A stretch of 64,000 nucleotides of DNA from assembly GCA_963755715.1 (NCBI GenBank), contig CAVWLW010000033.1, positions 288,001 through 352,000 of the forward strand, given 5' to 3'. A program made the translations under genes and the position numbers. Below are positions 18,200 through 27,056 of the stretch, one piece after another. This DNA is from an uncultured delta proteobacterium (GTDB lineage: Bacteria > Desulfobacterota > Binatia > UBA9968). Each line of letters begins with the position of its first letter. The first letter of the stretch is position 1. The notes beneath the pieces are model-generated. The model was given only the letters and a program-made list of their open reading frames with translations. It searched no databases and was not told the DNA's origin.

Positions 18200-19399
18200 A
18201 TGGCAGCAAGCGAACGGGTTTTAGGTGTCGGCGTGATCGGTCTCGGCGGGGCGTCCCTCGCCATGATTCCAAAGTTTGTCCAGAATCCCAACTTTCGCAT
18301 CGCCGCGGCGGCGGATATCGATGCCGAGATCATGGAGCGGTTCCGCAAGGACTTTCCGGATGCGGTGTCCTATGACGATGCGGCCAGGCTGTGCGCGAGC
18401 CGTAACGTTGACCTCGTCTACATTGCGACGCCGAACCGGTTCCACGCCGAACACGCGGCCATGGCCTTGGAGAACAAGAAACACGTTCTCATCGAGAAGC
18501 CGATGACGATCGATATCGCGGGAGCCGAGCAGATGATCGCCACTGCCAAGCGCAACAACGTGTTGTTGGGCGTCAACGTGAAACACAGCTTCGAGCCGCG
18601 CGTGCTGCGCTTGCGCGAGATGACGCGCACCGCCGAACTTGGCAGGCTCCGCATGATCAACAGCTGGCGTTTCGTCGACTGGCTCTACCGCCCGCGCACC
18701 GCCGAAGAGCTGACGCCCGAATTCGGCGGCGGTATCTTGTGGCGCCAGGGAGCACATCACTTTGACTTCATCAGAACGATCGCCGGCGGAATGGTGCGCA
18801 GCCTGCGCGGCACTGTTGACGTCTGGGACCCGAACCGGCGCGTCTCCGGCTGCTACACCGCGTACCTCGACTTCAAAGACGGGACAGTGGCCACCGCGAT
18901 CAATAGCGGGTACGACCACTTTGACTCCAGGGAGTTTGTGCAACGGGGATTTTCGGTGGATCCCGCAAATCATGCCAAGGCGCGGCGCGAATTGCGCGCG
19001 GCGCCCGACGCTGCATGGGAGGAGCGCGCCGCGCGCGAGGAACGCTACGGCGGCGCGCGCACGAGGAGCAACGAACCCCGGCCAGCACAGCCATCCTTGG
19101 GATGGATTATGGGCGGACCGTTGATCGCAAGCTTCGATAAGGGAGACGTGCGCATGACTCCCGGCGGTCTCACCGTATATGGCGACGACGAGTTACGCGA
19201 GATCAAGCTCGGCGTCAAAGGAGAAGACGGCCGCGACGGTCGAATCAACACATTCTACGATGCGATCGTGCGCGGCCGACCGCTGCCCGCCGACGGCGCT
19301 TGGGGAATGGCAACCCTGGAAGTAATCCTAGCGATTGAAGAATCCGCCAGGACGCGTAAGGAAGCCCTTCTCCGGCACCAGATACCGACGATCGATTAG
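18200..19399 (+). CDS. Gfo/Idh/MocA oxidoreductase, phthalate 4,5-cis-dihydrodiol dehydrogenase-like
   Basis: GVIGLGG, KHVLIEKPM, DWLYRPRTAEEL, GGGILWRQGAH, SGYDHFDS and WGMATLEV motifs. Confidence 0.8.
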   Translation: MAASERVLGVGVIGLGGASLAMIPKFVQNPNFRIAAAADIDAEIMERFRKDFPDAVSYDDAARLCASRNVDLVYIATPNRFHAEHAAMALENKKHVLIEKPMTIDIAGAEQMIATAKRNNVLLGVNVKHSFEPRVLRLREMTRTAELGRLRMINSWRFVDWLYRPRTAEELTPEFGGGILWRQGAHHFDFIRTIAGGMVRSLRGTVDVWDPNRRVSGCYTAYLDFKDGTVATAINSGYDHFDSREFVQRGFSVDPANHAKARRELRAAPDAAWEERAAREERYGGARTRSNEPRPAQPSLGWIMGGPLIASFDKGDVRMTPGGLTVYGDDELREIKLGVKGEDGRDGRINTFYDAIVRGRPLPADGAWGMATLEVILAIEESARTRKEALLRHQIPTID

Positions 19400-19430
19400 C
19401 GAACACGCATCCTCGCGGGCAAACGAAATC

Positions 19431-19482
19431 CCGTTCCAGGCGTTCCAAACGTTCAATCGCTTCGCTCCGTTCAAATCGTTTA
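19431..19482. repeat. GTTCAA-family intergenic repeat
   Basis: CCGTTCCAGGCGTTCCAAACGTTCAATCGCTTCGCTCCGTTCAAATCGTTTA shares ATCGCTTCGCTCCGTTC with 16502..16518. Confidence 0.75.
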
Positions 19483-19896
19483 AAGAAACAAAACGTGGAA
19501 CTTCGAAATTCAGGAATTCTCGGAATGAAGGCTAAACGGGTCCTAAACGTTGTCGGCTACCGCGATTCTGTCCCCGGGCCGCCTTTCCATGGGCCGACGA
19601 TTCCGTCGGTGATCCAACCGCCATAGAAATAACCTGGCTGCGGGCGCACGCGCTCGCTGTCGACGAAGCACTCGACGCGACCGGGATAGAAGAAAAGAGT
19701 AGTCTGAAAACCGGGACCGTATATTTACTTTTGAAAGTCAGCATTGGCGTCGCGAAGATTTTTCAAATGCACGCCATTGAATTGTAAAAGTCCAAGCGTT
19801 GCTTGTTGTTTAGGCAACGTCTGATTGCAAACAAAGCATCCGAAATGACCTAGAGATAGTAATCCTTGTTTTTTCAATCGATTTTCAGTTGATGTC

Positions 19897-19913
19897 TTGG
19901 CATACCGCTTGCT
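19897..19913 (+). promoter_or_regulatory. sigma54 promoter (-24/-12) for the ompA-family gene
   Basis: TTGGCATACCGCTTGCT is a near-consensus GG-N10-GC, preceded by an AT-rich IHF-like tract. Confidence 0.7.
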
Positions 19914-19921
19914 GCCTCACT

Positions 19922-19992
19922 TTAACGAGTCTCGCGAAAGCGACTGCGGGTAGGACGAAATCGTCTTGCTTCTTCGCTACGCCTGTCGTTAA
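19922..19992 (+). ncRNA. Candidate structured 5' leader or small RNA
   Basis: A TTAACGA/TCGTTAA closing stem encloses TCGC-GAAA-GCGA and GTAGGACG-AAAT-CGTCTTGC hairpins. It starts at the predicted sigma54 TSS (~19924). Confidence 0.35.
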
Positions 19993-20132
19993 CCGGTACA
20001 TAAACTAATCACTAGCAGGTTACTGAAGATACGAAACGCGTCGATAAACTCGGCATGAACGAGAGAGTTTTTCGCAGCCTGTTATTTACTATGGTGAACG
20101 GATCTAACTTTTCTTGAGGAAGTACGAGAATA

Positions 20133-20832
20133 ATGGACAAAAAAGGGATTATTGTTTCAGCGACGCTTGCGTTATTGACCAGCGGTTGTGCCAATATGAC
20201 CTACAAGCAGCAGGCTGCCCTGAGAGGTGCCGCCGCGGGTACGCTTGTCGGCGGCGGTATCGGGGGCGGCACCGCGGCTCTGACGGGCGATAAAAACCGT
20301 TTCGTAATAGGCGGCGTCGCCGGTGCCACGACAGGTGCCATAATCGGTGGCTTGTTGGGATACTTACTGGCTGAGGAGCCGAAACCCCCGCCCCCCCGCC
20401 TCCTCCTCCCCGCCCCCACCACCGCCGCCGGCAAAGCCAACTCCACCGCCACCGCCACCGCCGCCTCCACCCCCACCACCAGCACCGAAGGTAGAAAGGA
20501 CGATTATTCTGGATGATGTTCTTTTCGACTTTGACAAGAGCACCGTTAAGCCGGAAGCTGCCGCGATCTTGGATCGACTGGTTGGATTCATGAACGAGAA
20601 CAAAAACGCGAAAGTGAGTCTGTCAGGGTACACGGACAACGTTGGAACCGAGGCGTACAACTTAAAACTGTCTGAGAGCCGTTGGATGTCCAGCAAGGAT
20701 TATCTTGTCAAGAAGGGCGTCGACAGCGGCCGTGTCTCGGGTCAAGGGTTCGGTGAAACCAAACCCATAGCTGATAACAAGACGAAGGAAGGTCGCGCGA
20801 AGAATCGACGGGTTGAAATCAAAGTTGAGTAG
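20133..20832 (+). CDS. OmpA-family lipoprotein (glycine zipper, Pro-rich linker, OmpA C-terminal domain), apparent frameshift ~20395
   Basis: Lipobox LTSGC and glycine zipper in 20133..20516; LFDFDKS, GYTDNVG and NRRVEI in 20347..20832; the join lies in a C7 run. Confidence 0.85.
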
Positions 20833-20974
20833 GGAAACCGGTTGGGGCTGACTTCTATGTCTCGACCTTGATTAGCGGCCCAGTCTTTCGGTGCAAGTGT
20901 TCGTCCGAGCTCTTCGGTGTGACAACCGCGAATGAATCGACCACACTTCCGCGGCGCCGATTGTTGTAGATCAT

Positions 20975-21991
20975 TTAACGCGCCGCAGTTTTTTCCAATT
21001 CAAAGGCTTGCGCCAGCAGCTCATAGGAGCGATGGCGCGGAGCGGGATCGTAAGTCCATGTGACCACCACCAACTCGTCGAGGTCTAAACTTTTCGCGAG
21101 TTCTTTCAGGCGCGCGGTCACCTGCGCTGTAGCTCCGACGATCGCTTTGCGGTGCAGCTTCTCGGCAGTCGCCAACTCCGCAGGGGAATACGGGCGGTCG
21201 GCTTCCTCGGGCGGCATGAGTGGCAGGCGGATACCTTGTCGACGATCGATGATTGCGCGTTCGCGAGATTTGAACTGGAACAGCGCTTCTTCTTCCGTAT
21301 CGGCGGCCAGCGCCCAGACGCAAATCGTGGCGATGGGCTTCGGATTATTTTCGCTGGGGCGATAGTTTTTGCGGTAAAGCTCCAGCGCCTGTTCCACGCC
21401 GGTGCCTTCGCTGAAAAAATACGCAAACGCGTAGGGCAAGCCAAAATAGGCGGCGAGTTGAGCGCCGTAGTCTGAACTTCCGAGAATCCACATCTCTGGG
21501 CTTGTCGGCCCCGTGGGCTGAGCAACGACTGTCCTGAAGGGATGGCCCTCAGGCAGCGGAGTTCCCGAAACCCAGTGTTGCAGCTCCTGTACTTGCCGGG
21601 GAAATTGGTCAAGGACGTTCTCAGGATTCGGATTGAGGGCATACGATGTCATCTGGTCCGAGCCGGGGGCGCGTCCGATTCCAAGGTCGATGCGGCCCGG
21701 GGCGATGGCCTCCAAGACGCGGAACTGCTCGGCAACTTTCAACGCGGAATAGTGCGGCAGCATGACGCCCGCGCTGCCTATACGGATACGCGGCGTGGTC
21801 GCCGCGATCGCCGACATGAGTATCTCGGGCGCCGTGCCGACGATACTACCGGAGTTATGGTGCTCCGAGACCCAGTAACGATGATAACCAAGAGCGTCGC
21901 AATGTCGCGCAAGTTCGAGCGTCTCACGGATGGCGATGTCCTGCGCTCTTCCTTTGGACGCCGTCGATTGATCGAGTACTGACAATCGCAT
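20975..21991 (-). CDS. LLM-class flavin-dependent oxidoreductase (luciferase-like)
   Basis: RYWVSEHH, GSAGVMLPHYSALKVAEQF, GRAPGSD and WILGSS motifs. Confidence 0.9.
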   Translation of the reverse strand: MRLSVLDQSTASKGRAQDIAIRETLELARHCDALGYHRYWVSEHHNSGSIVGTAPEILMSAIAATTPRIRIGSAGVMLPHYSALKVAEQFRVLEAIAPGRIDLGIGRAPGSDQMTSYALNPNPENVLDQFPRQVQELQHWVSGTPLPEGHPFRTVVAQPTGPTSPEMWILGSSDYGAQLAAYFGLPYAFAYFFSEGTGVEQALELYRKNYRPSENNPKPIATICVWALAADTEEEALFQFKSRERAIIDRRQGIRLPLMPPEEADRPYSPAELATAEKLHRKAIVGATAQVTARLKELAKSLDLDELVVVTWTYDPAPRHRSYELLAQAFELEKTAAR

Positions 21992-22090
21992 GGGTGTCTG
22001 CTTTCAGAGGGTTCAGTCCCTGAGGGTCAATTCCTTGCAGCTTGCTGAACTTATCCGATTTCCTTAACGAAGTCCGTCATTCAGATTGGT

Positions 22091-23005
22091 TCAGCCAAGC
22101 CGATCGCCGACTTTCAAATTCGCTTGTTTGGCGAATTCCGCGCCGCTCATTTTGGCTCCTTCGCCCCGTAATCTCTTTGCCGTAAGCGTGCTTCCGTGGA
22201 GCGCGATGGTGATTTCTTCGGTGCCGATTGCAGTCACTTGTCCGGCTGGTGTTGAATTACTTCCTGACTGCATTCGCGCGTCGAAAACACGGACCATTTT
22301 CCCTTGCCAAGTTGTGTGCGCACCCGGCTGCGGGTCGCAGCCGCGAATTAAATTATAAACTTGTTGCGCTGGTTTCGACCAATCGATCTTGGCATGCTCA
22401 TCGGCGCAGGGCGGATCGTAGGTCGCTCGTGATTCATCCTGCGCGATGCGCGGCGGGTTGCCTGCGTTGATTAAATCGACAGCTTCAGCGATGGCCTCGA
22501 TGCCGAGTGGAAAGATTCTATTGAAATAGAGCGAGCCCGTGGTGTCGTCGGGTGCGACCTTCACTTCTTTTTGCAGCAAGACGGGACCAGTATCGATGCC
22601 TCGATCGACCCAGAAAAGACTTAGCCCCGTGACGGTCTCGCCCTTGATCAAAGCCCAATTGATCGCGCTGGCGCCGCGATATTTAGGCAGGAGCGACGGA
22701 TGAAAACAAATGCTGCCTAAGCGCGGGACGCTGAACACTTCGGGGGGAACGATAAAGCTTACGAAAGCGAGAATCGCCAGGTCGGCCTCGAGCGCAACAA
22801 ATTCTTCCCTAACTTCCGGGGCTTTGAATGATTTGTGTTGACGAACGGGAATGCCGAGTTGAAGCGCCTTCTGCTTGACCGGATCGAGTTTGCCGCCGGG
22901 CACATCGGGTGGACAGTACACCGCGACGACCTCTTCGCCTTTGCCGAGAAGTTTCTCCAAAGTCTTTTCCGCGAATGCGGCTTGTCCGATGAGAATGATG
23001 CGCAT
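22091..23005 (-). CDS. Formyltransferase family protein (10-formyl-THF dehydrogenase N-terminal/hydrolase-like)
   Basis: MRIILIGQAAF, FHPSLLPKYRGASAINW, FWVDRGIDTG and NLIRGCDPQPGA motifs; AGGAG RBS before ATG 23005. Confidence 0.8.
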   Translation of the reverse strand: MRIILIGQAAFAEKTLEKLLGKGEEVVAVYCPPDVPGGKLDPVKQKALQLGIPVRQHKSFKAPEVREEFVALEADLAILAFVSFIVPPEVFSVPRLGSICFHPSLLPKYRGASAINWALIKGETVTGLSLFWVDRGIDTGPVLLQKEVKVAPDDTTGSLYFNRIFPLGIEAIAEAVDLINAGNPPRIAQDESRATYDPPCADEHAKIDWSKPAQQVYNLIRGCDPQPGAHTTWQGKMVRVFDARMQSGSNSTPAGQVTAIGTEEITIALHGSTLTAKRLRGEGAKMSGAEFAKQANLKVGDRLG

Positions 23006-23040
23006 AGGTTGCTTCTCCTGTTTCTGAATTCTCCACGGAC

Positions 23041-23568
23041 TCATCCGATGATTTTGAAATCGCCACCCAGGTAGCTTTTGCAGAGATTGACATACGTCGA
23101 CGAACCCATTTTGATCCAGTGCAGAGCTTCTCCGGCTAATTCCTTTTTGACTTTCGCCGGCGCGCCGGCGGCAAGCACTCGCGGCGGTATTTTGGTGTGG
23201 GGCACGACGACGCTTCCCGCGGCGATCAGTGCTTCTTCGCCGATCTCGACGTTTTCCAAGAGAGTTACGTTCATGCCGATGATCGCGCCGCGTTTGATCA
23301 GCGGGCCTTCCATGATGGCGCCGTGGCCGATGGTGCAATCGTCCTCGATGATCGTCGGCGCTTCGCCCGAATGCAGCACGCAATTGTCCTGAATGCTGGT
23401 GCGCGCGCCGATGACAATCGGGTTTTGATTTTGGTCCGATCGAAGCACGGCGCCCCACCAGATGCTCGCTTCGTCGCCGACCGTGACGTCGCCGATGATC
23501 ACGGCGGTCGGCGCAATAAAAGCGCTGGGCGAAATCTTCGGTTTCTTGCCTTTGTATTCAATAATCAT
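23041..23568 (-). CDS. Gamma-class carbonic anhydrase family (YrdA/PaaY-like) protein
   Basis: Hexapeptide repeats with IQDNCVLH, TIGHGA and GAPAK motifs. Confidence 0.85.
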   Translation of the reverse strand: MIIEYKGKKPKISPSAFIAPTAVIIGDVTVGDEASIWWGAVLRSDQNQNPIVIGARTSIQDNCVLHSGEAPTIIEDDCTIGHGAIMEGPLIKRGAIIGMNVTLLENVEIGEEALIAAGSVVVPHTKIPPRVLAAGAPAKVKKELAGEALHWIKMGSSTYVNLCKSYLGGDFKIIG

Positions 23569-23695
23569 CCGGAGAGCCTCCGTTTATTTGAGTCACGATA
23601 TTTGACGGGAGTCAGGAAATCAATAATGGCACGCCTCCGGTGGAATGATTGACACGACAAATCAAAGCCGGTATTGGTTTCCCCGCATTGACAAC

Positions 23696-23731
23696 CCTCA
23701 CCTCATCTCTCTCCGCAAGCGGGCGGGGGAG
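23696..23731. repeat. CCCTCACC...CTCTCC-GCAAGC-GGG palindromic element (degenerate)
   Basis: CCCTCACCTCATCTCTCTCCGCAAGCGGGCGGGGGAG. Confidence 0.5.
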
Positions 23732-23766
23732 TCAGATTCGAGCTTTATGGAAGGTTGGTATTTAAA

Positions 23767-24831
23767 ATGAATCGTGCGTTTTTAGCGATGGTCTCCTTCA
23801 TTACGCTTGGCATGGCAGCGCCCGCGCCGGCGCAGAATCGTGACGCGGCGCTTGCGGCGCTCATGAAGTTGCCGGCAGCCGAGCGGCATGCGCGGCTAGT
23901 GGAAGGCGCAAAAAAAGAAAGTGGTTTGGTTTGGTATTCGAGCACGACGGCGGAAGACGCGCTGGCGTTGAGCAAGAAGTTCAACGAGCAACATCCGTCG
24001 ATCCAGATCCAACACCTGCGCTCGTCGAGTGAAAAATTGCTTGAACGGATTCTCGCCGAATCGCGCGCCAACGCGTTCAAGGCGGATATCGTCACGCTGC
24101 CAGAGCTCGAGCTATCGATCATGATCAAGCGCAAGCTCTTGGTACGATATGAAGGCGTGGAAAATTCTCTCTACCCGCCGGAAAGCAAAGATCCGCACAA
24201 CTATTGGACCGGACTGTACACTTCAGCTTGGGTGCCGGCGCACAATACCAAGATGGTTTCCAAAGACGCCGCGCCGAAATCGTACAAAGATTTGCTCAAT
24301 CCCAAATGGAAGGGCGGGATCGCCATGGACACCGAGCCGTACAATTGGTTCGTGGTTTCGCTGCGCTATTTGGAGCGGCGCGACGGCAAAGAAGCGGCGC
24401 TGGATTTCATGAAAAAACTCGCGGCGCAGCAAATGCAATGGCGCAAAGGGCATTCGTTAATTGGACAACTGATGGCCGCTGGTGAATTTCCGCTCGCGGC
24501 GGAATTGCAGGTGCACACGGTGGAGCGCGCGAAAGCGCAGGGCGCGCCGGTGGAATGGTCGGTGTTGGACGGCGTAATTCCGATTTCCAAAGTCGCCGCC
24601 GCGGTTACGAGCACCGGCGCGAATATTTACACCGCGGCATTGTTTTACGATTTTCTGCTGTCACGGCCCGGCATGGAGACGATCCGCGCGAGCCGGCGAA
24701 TTCCGACGCGTCCCGACGTCACCGCGCCTTATTTGAAACCCTACAAGCTTTTGCCGTTCGAGCAGTCGGTGATGGATGACTTCGACAAGTACGTGGCGTT
24801 GTTTCGCGAGACGTTTAAACCGGCTCAGTGA
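23767..24831 (+). CDS. Extracellular solute-binding protein (Fe3+/thiamine-binding-like family)
   Basis: Signal peptide; AKKESGLVWYSS, DLLNPKWKG and AALFYDFLLS patterns. Confidence 0.85.
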   Translation: MNRAFLAMVSFITLGMAAPAPAQNRDAALAALMKLPAAERHARLVEGAKKESGLVWYSSTTAEDALALSKKFNEQHPSIQIQHLRSSSEKLLERILAESRANAFKADIVTLPELELSIMIKRKLLVRYEGVENSLYPPESKDPHNYWTGLYTSAWVPAHNTKMVSKDAAPKSYKDLLNPKWKGGIAMDTEPYNWFVVSLRYLERRDGKEAALDFMKKLAAQQMQWRKGHSLIGQLMAAGEFPLAAELQVHTVERAKAQGAPVEWSVLDGVIPISKVAAAVTSTGANIYTAALFYDFLLSRPGMETIRASRRIPTRPDVTAPYLKPYKLLPFEQSVMDDFDKYVALFRETFKPAQ

Positions 24832-24835
24832 AAAA

Positions 24836-24861
24836 TAGGGGGCGCAGCATGCTGCGCCCTC
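24836..24861. repeat. GTAG-type REP-like palindrome
   Basis: TAGGGGGCGCAGCATGCTGCGCCCTC has a perfect 10-bp arm pair, between convergent genes. Confidence 0.7.
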
Positions 24862-24874
24862 GGAATCATTCGGA

Positions 24875-26101
24875 TTAGCTTCGCAGTTCGAAATTCTTCT
24901 CTGCCATCTCACAGATTTGCTGGCCGATGGCAAGCGACGCCGTGGCGCCGGGCGATGGGGCGTTGAGGACGTGAATGCTTTTGCGACTTTGTTTGATGAC
25001 AAAATCGTCCACCAGCGCGCCGCTGGCGGATACGGCTTGCGCGCGCACGCCGGCGCCGCCGGGAACGAGGTCGCTTTCGCGGATTTCCGGCAGGAGTTTT
25101 TGCAGCGCGCGCACAAAAGCTGATTTGCTGAGCGAACGGTAGAGCTCACCGAAGCCGGTCTGCCAATATTTGCCCGTGATCGCCCAAAAACCCTTGAATG
25201 AAATCGTGCGCCACAGATCGCTGAGATTGATGTCGGTGTGGCGGTAGCCCTCGCGCGCGTAGGCGAACACGGCGTTGGGACCGGCTTCGACCCCGCCGCG
25301 AGCCATGCGCGTGAAGTGAACCCCCAAGAACGGAAAAGTCGGATCGGGCACGGGGTAGATCAAGTTTCGCACCAAGAATTGCCGCTCCGGCGCGATCTTG
25401 TAGTATTCGCCGCGGAATGGAATGATGCGGTGCTCTTCTTCGCTATTGTTACCGCCGCCCATCATCTGCGCGACGATGTCCGATTGCAGGCCGCAGCAGT
25501 TGATCAAATGTTTGGTGCGATAATCGCCGCCGGAGGTTTGCAGGACAATTTCCTCGGGACGATCGAGGATGCCCACCACCCGTTGGGACAGACGAATGTC
25601 GCCGCCCGCGTCACGAATTTTCTCGGCGTAAGCCGCGGCGACTTTTTTGTAATCGATGATGCCGGTTTCGGGAACATGGAGACCTTTGATGCCTGTGGCG
25701 TGCGGTTCGAGTTCTTTCAGCCTTTCAGGCCCGATAATTTGCAGATCTTTGAGGCCATTCGCTATCCCTCGCCGATGCAGTTCCTCTAGGCGCGGCAGCT
25801 CTTCTTCACTGGTGGCGACGACGACCTTGCCGCAGATCTCGTACGGCACGGCATTTTCATCGCAGAACGCCATCAGCTCTTTGCGGCCGGCGACGCAGGA
25901 GCGCGCTTTTAGAGATCCGGGACGGTAATAAAGTCCGGAGTGGATTACGCCGCTGTTGTTGCCGGTTTGATGGCGCGCGAGCTCGGCTTCTTTTTCCAGG
26001 ATCAACAGACGTAAACTTGGATGCGCACGGATGAGCTTCAGAGCGGTGGCGAGACCGAGGATGCCACCGCCGATGATCGTGAGGTCATACTGTGAAGCCA
26101 T
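24875..26101 (-). CDS. lhgO: L-2-hydroxyglutarate oxidase
   Basis: GGGILG, HQTGNNSGVIHSGLYY, PFRGEYY, YPVPDP.FPFLGVH and NAPSPGATAS motifs. Confidence 0.9.
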   Translation of the reverse strand: MASQYDLTIIGGGILGLATALKLIRAHPSLRLLILEKEAELARHQTGNNSGVIHSGLYYRPGSLKARSCVAGRKELMAFCDENAVPYEICGKVVVATSEEELPRLEELHRRGIANGLKDLQIIGPERLKELEPHATGIKGLHVPETGIIDYKKVAAAYAEKIRDAGGDIRLSQRVVGILDRPEEIVLQTSGGDYRTKHLINCCGLQSDIVAQMMGGGNNSEEEHRIIPFRGEYYKIAPERQFLVRNLIYPVPDPTFPFLGVHFTRMARGGVEAGPNAVFAYAREGYRHTDINLSDLWRTISFKGFWAITGKYWQTGFGELYRSLSKSAFVRALQKLLPEIRESDLVPGGAGVRAQAVSASGALVDDFVIKQSRKSIHVLNAPSPGATASLAIGQQICEMAEKNFELRS

Positions 26102-26119
26102 GAATTCGTGAAAGTGAAT

Positions 26120-27056
26120 TTATAAATCGAGCAGTTGCCGAGAATTTCTTTCCATGAAACCTTTCACATGCTCGGGATTGGACTGCGCCAAGATGGCGTT
26201 AAAGCTTCTGTTTAGCCGATCGAGCCCGCCGCAATAGTCGGATCCGAACACCATGTTGCTGCTCGCCCATCTTGTCGATGAGAAACGACAGCGTCCGGGC
26301 ATCGGAGCTGGCGCAGTCGATAAGAAAGTGTTCGAGGAAAATTTCCGAATAACGCCGCTCGCCGTTAGGCCCTTTGTGCTTCCAGAAAAAACGGTGGAGC
26401 AAGAGCGGCAAGCCGCCGCCCGAGCTGCGTATGACAATTCTCAGGTTCGGGTAGCGATCGAACAAGCCGCTCGCGATCATGCGCAAGCAACACTCGGCGA
26501 CTTCGCCGTCCGACAGCACGGCGTACGCGACGCCTGCGCCGCCGTCTTCGAGACGGGCGAGGGTCGGATCTTGCGCGGTGCCGGCGCCGTGCATAAAGAT
26601 CGGCAAGTTGAGCTCGGAGATCTTTGCGAAGATGGGATCCATCTCGGGCGTGTCGACCAGCATCTTGCCGTCGACGTGCGGGTAGAGCAGCACGGCGCGA
26701 AAACCTTGTTTCGCCGTCCGGTCGATCTCCGCCACCGAGGCGGCGATGTTCTTGAGCGATAGCGCGGTGACGCCCAGCAAGCGGTCTTTATGGCCCTCGA
26801 GGCGCTCGGCGAGCACGTTGTTCGACATGCGCACGATGTCGAGCGCTTGATCCGGCGGCAATTGATCCGCATAGACGCCGGCCCCCTGACAAATGAGCTG
26901 CACATCGATTCCCGCTTCATCCATTTCCCTGATGCGCTTGGAAAAATCCGGCGAATCCAAGGCATCGATGTGCGGCCGCTTGCCGGTGAGATCCTTGATT
27001 CGATCGGAAATTTCGGGAGCCGTATGGTGCGAGTGCCAATCGATATTGGTTGCCAT
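26120..27056 (-). CDS. Amidohydrolase family (ACMSD-like) protein, apparent frameshift ~26265
   Basis: IDWHSHH, MDEAGIDVQ and PIFMHG motifs; the C-terminal MVFGSDY is in the 26120..26437 frame; AAAAGGAG RBS. Confidence 0.75.

Noticed and set aside
14801-19482. CRISPR array from the GTTCAA repeats
   Set aside because: Units are 7-9 nt and contiguous with no unique 30-40-nt spacers, and no cas genes are present.
19532-19744. 70-aa ORF and other short ORFs in 1289..1675 and 12338..12811
   Set aside because: They have no recognisable motif or convincing RBS, so they cannot be supported as genes from sequence alone.
19922-19990. Hammerhead ribozyme (…AACGAGTC…GGACGAAA…GTC)
   Set aside because: The core would read UUAACGA instead of CUGANGA, and stems I and III cannot be formed.
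20381-20480. Phase variation of the OmpA lipoprotein through the poly-C/CCN proline tract
   Set aside because: Similar homopolymer indels hit many genes including purL, so sequencing error is the simpler explanation without read evidence.
22091-23458. 455-aa ORF suggesting an N-terminally extended formyltransferase
   Set aside because: The extension is an alternate frame over the gamma-CA gene. The real start is ATG 23005 with its own RBS.
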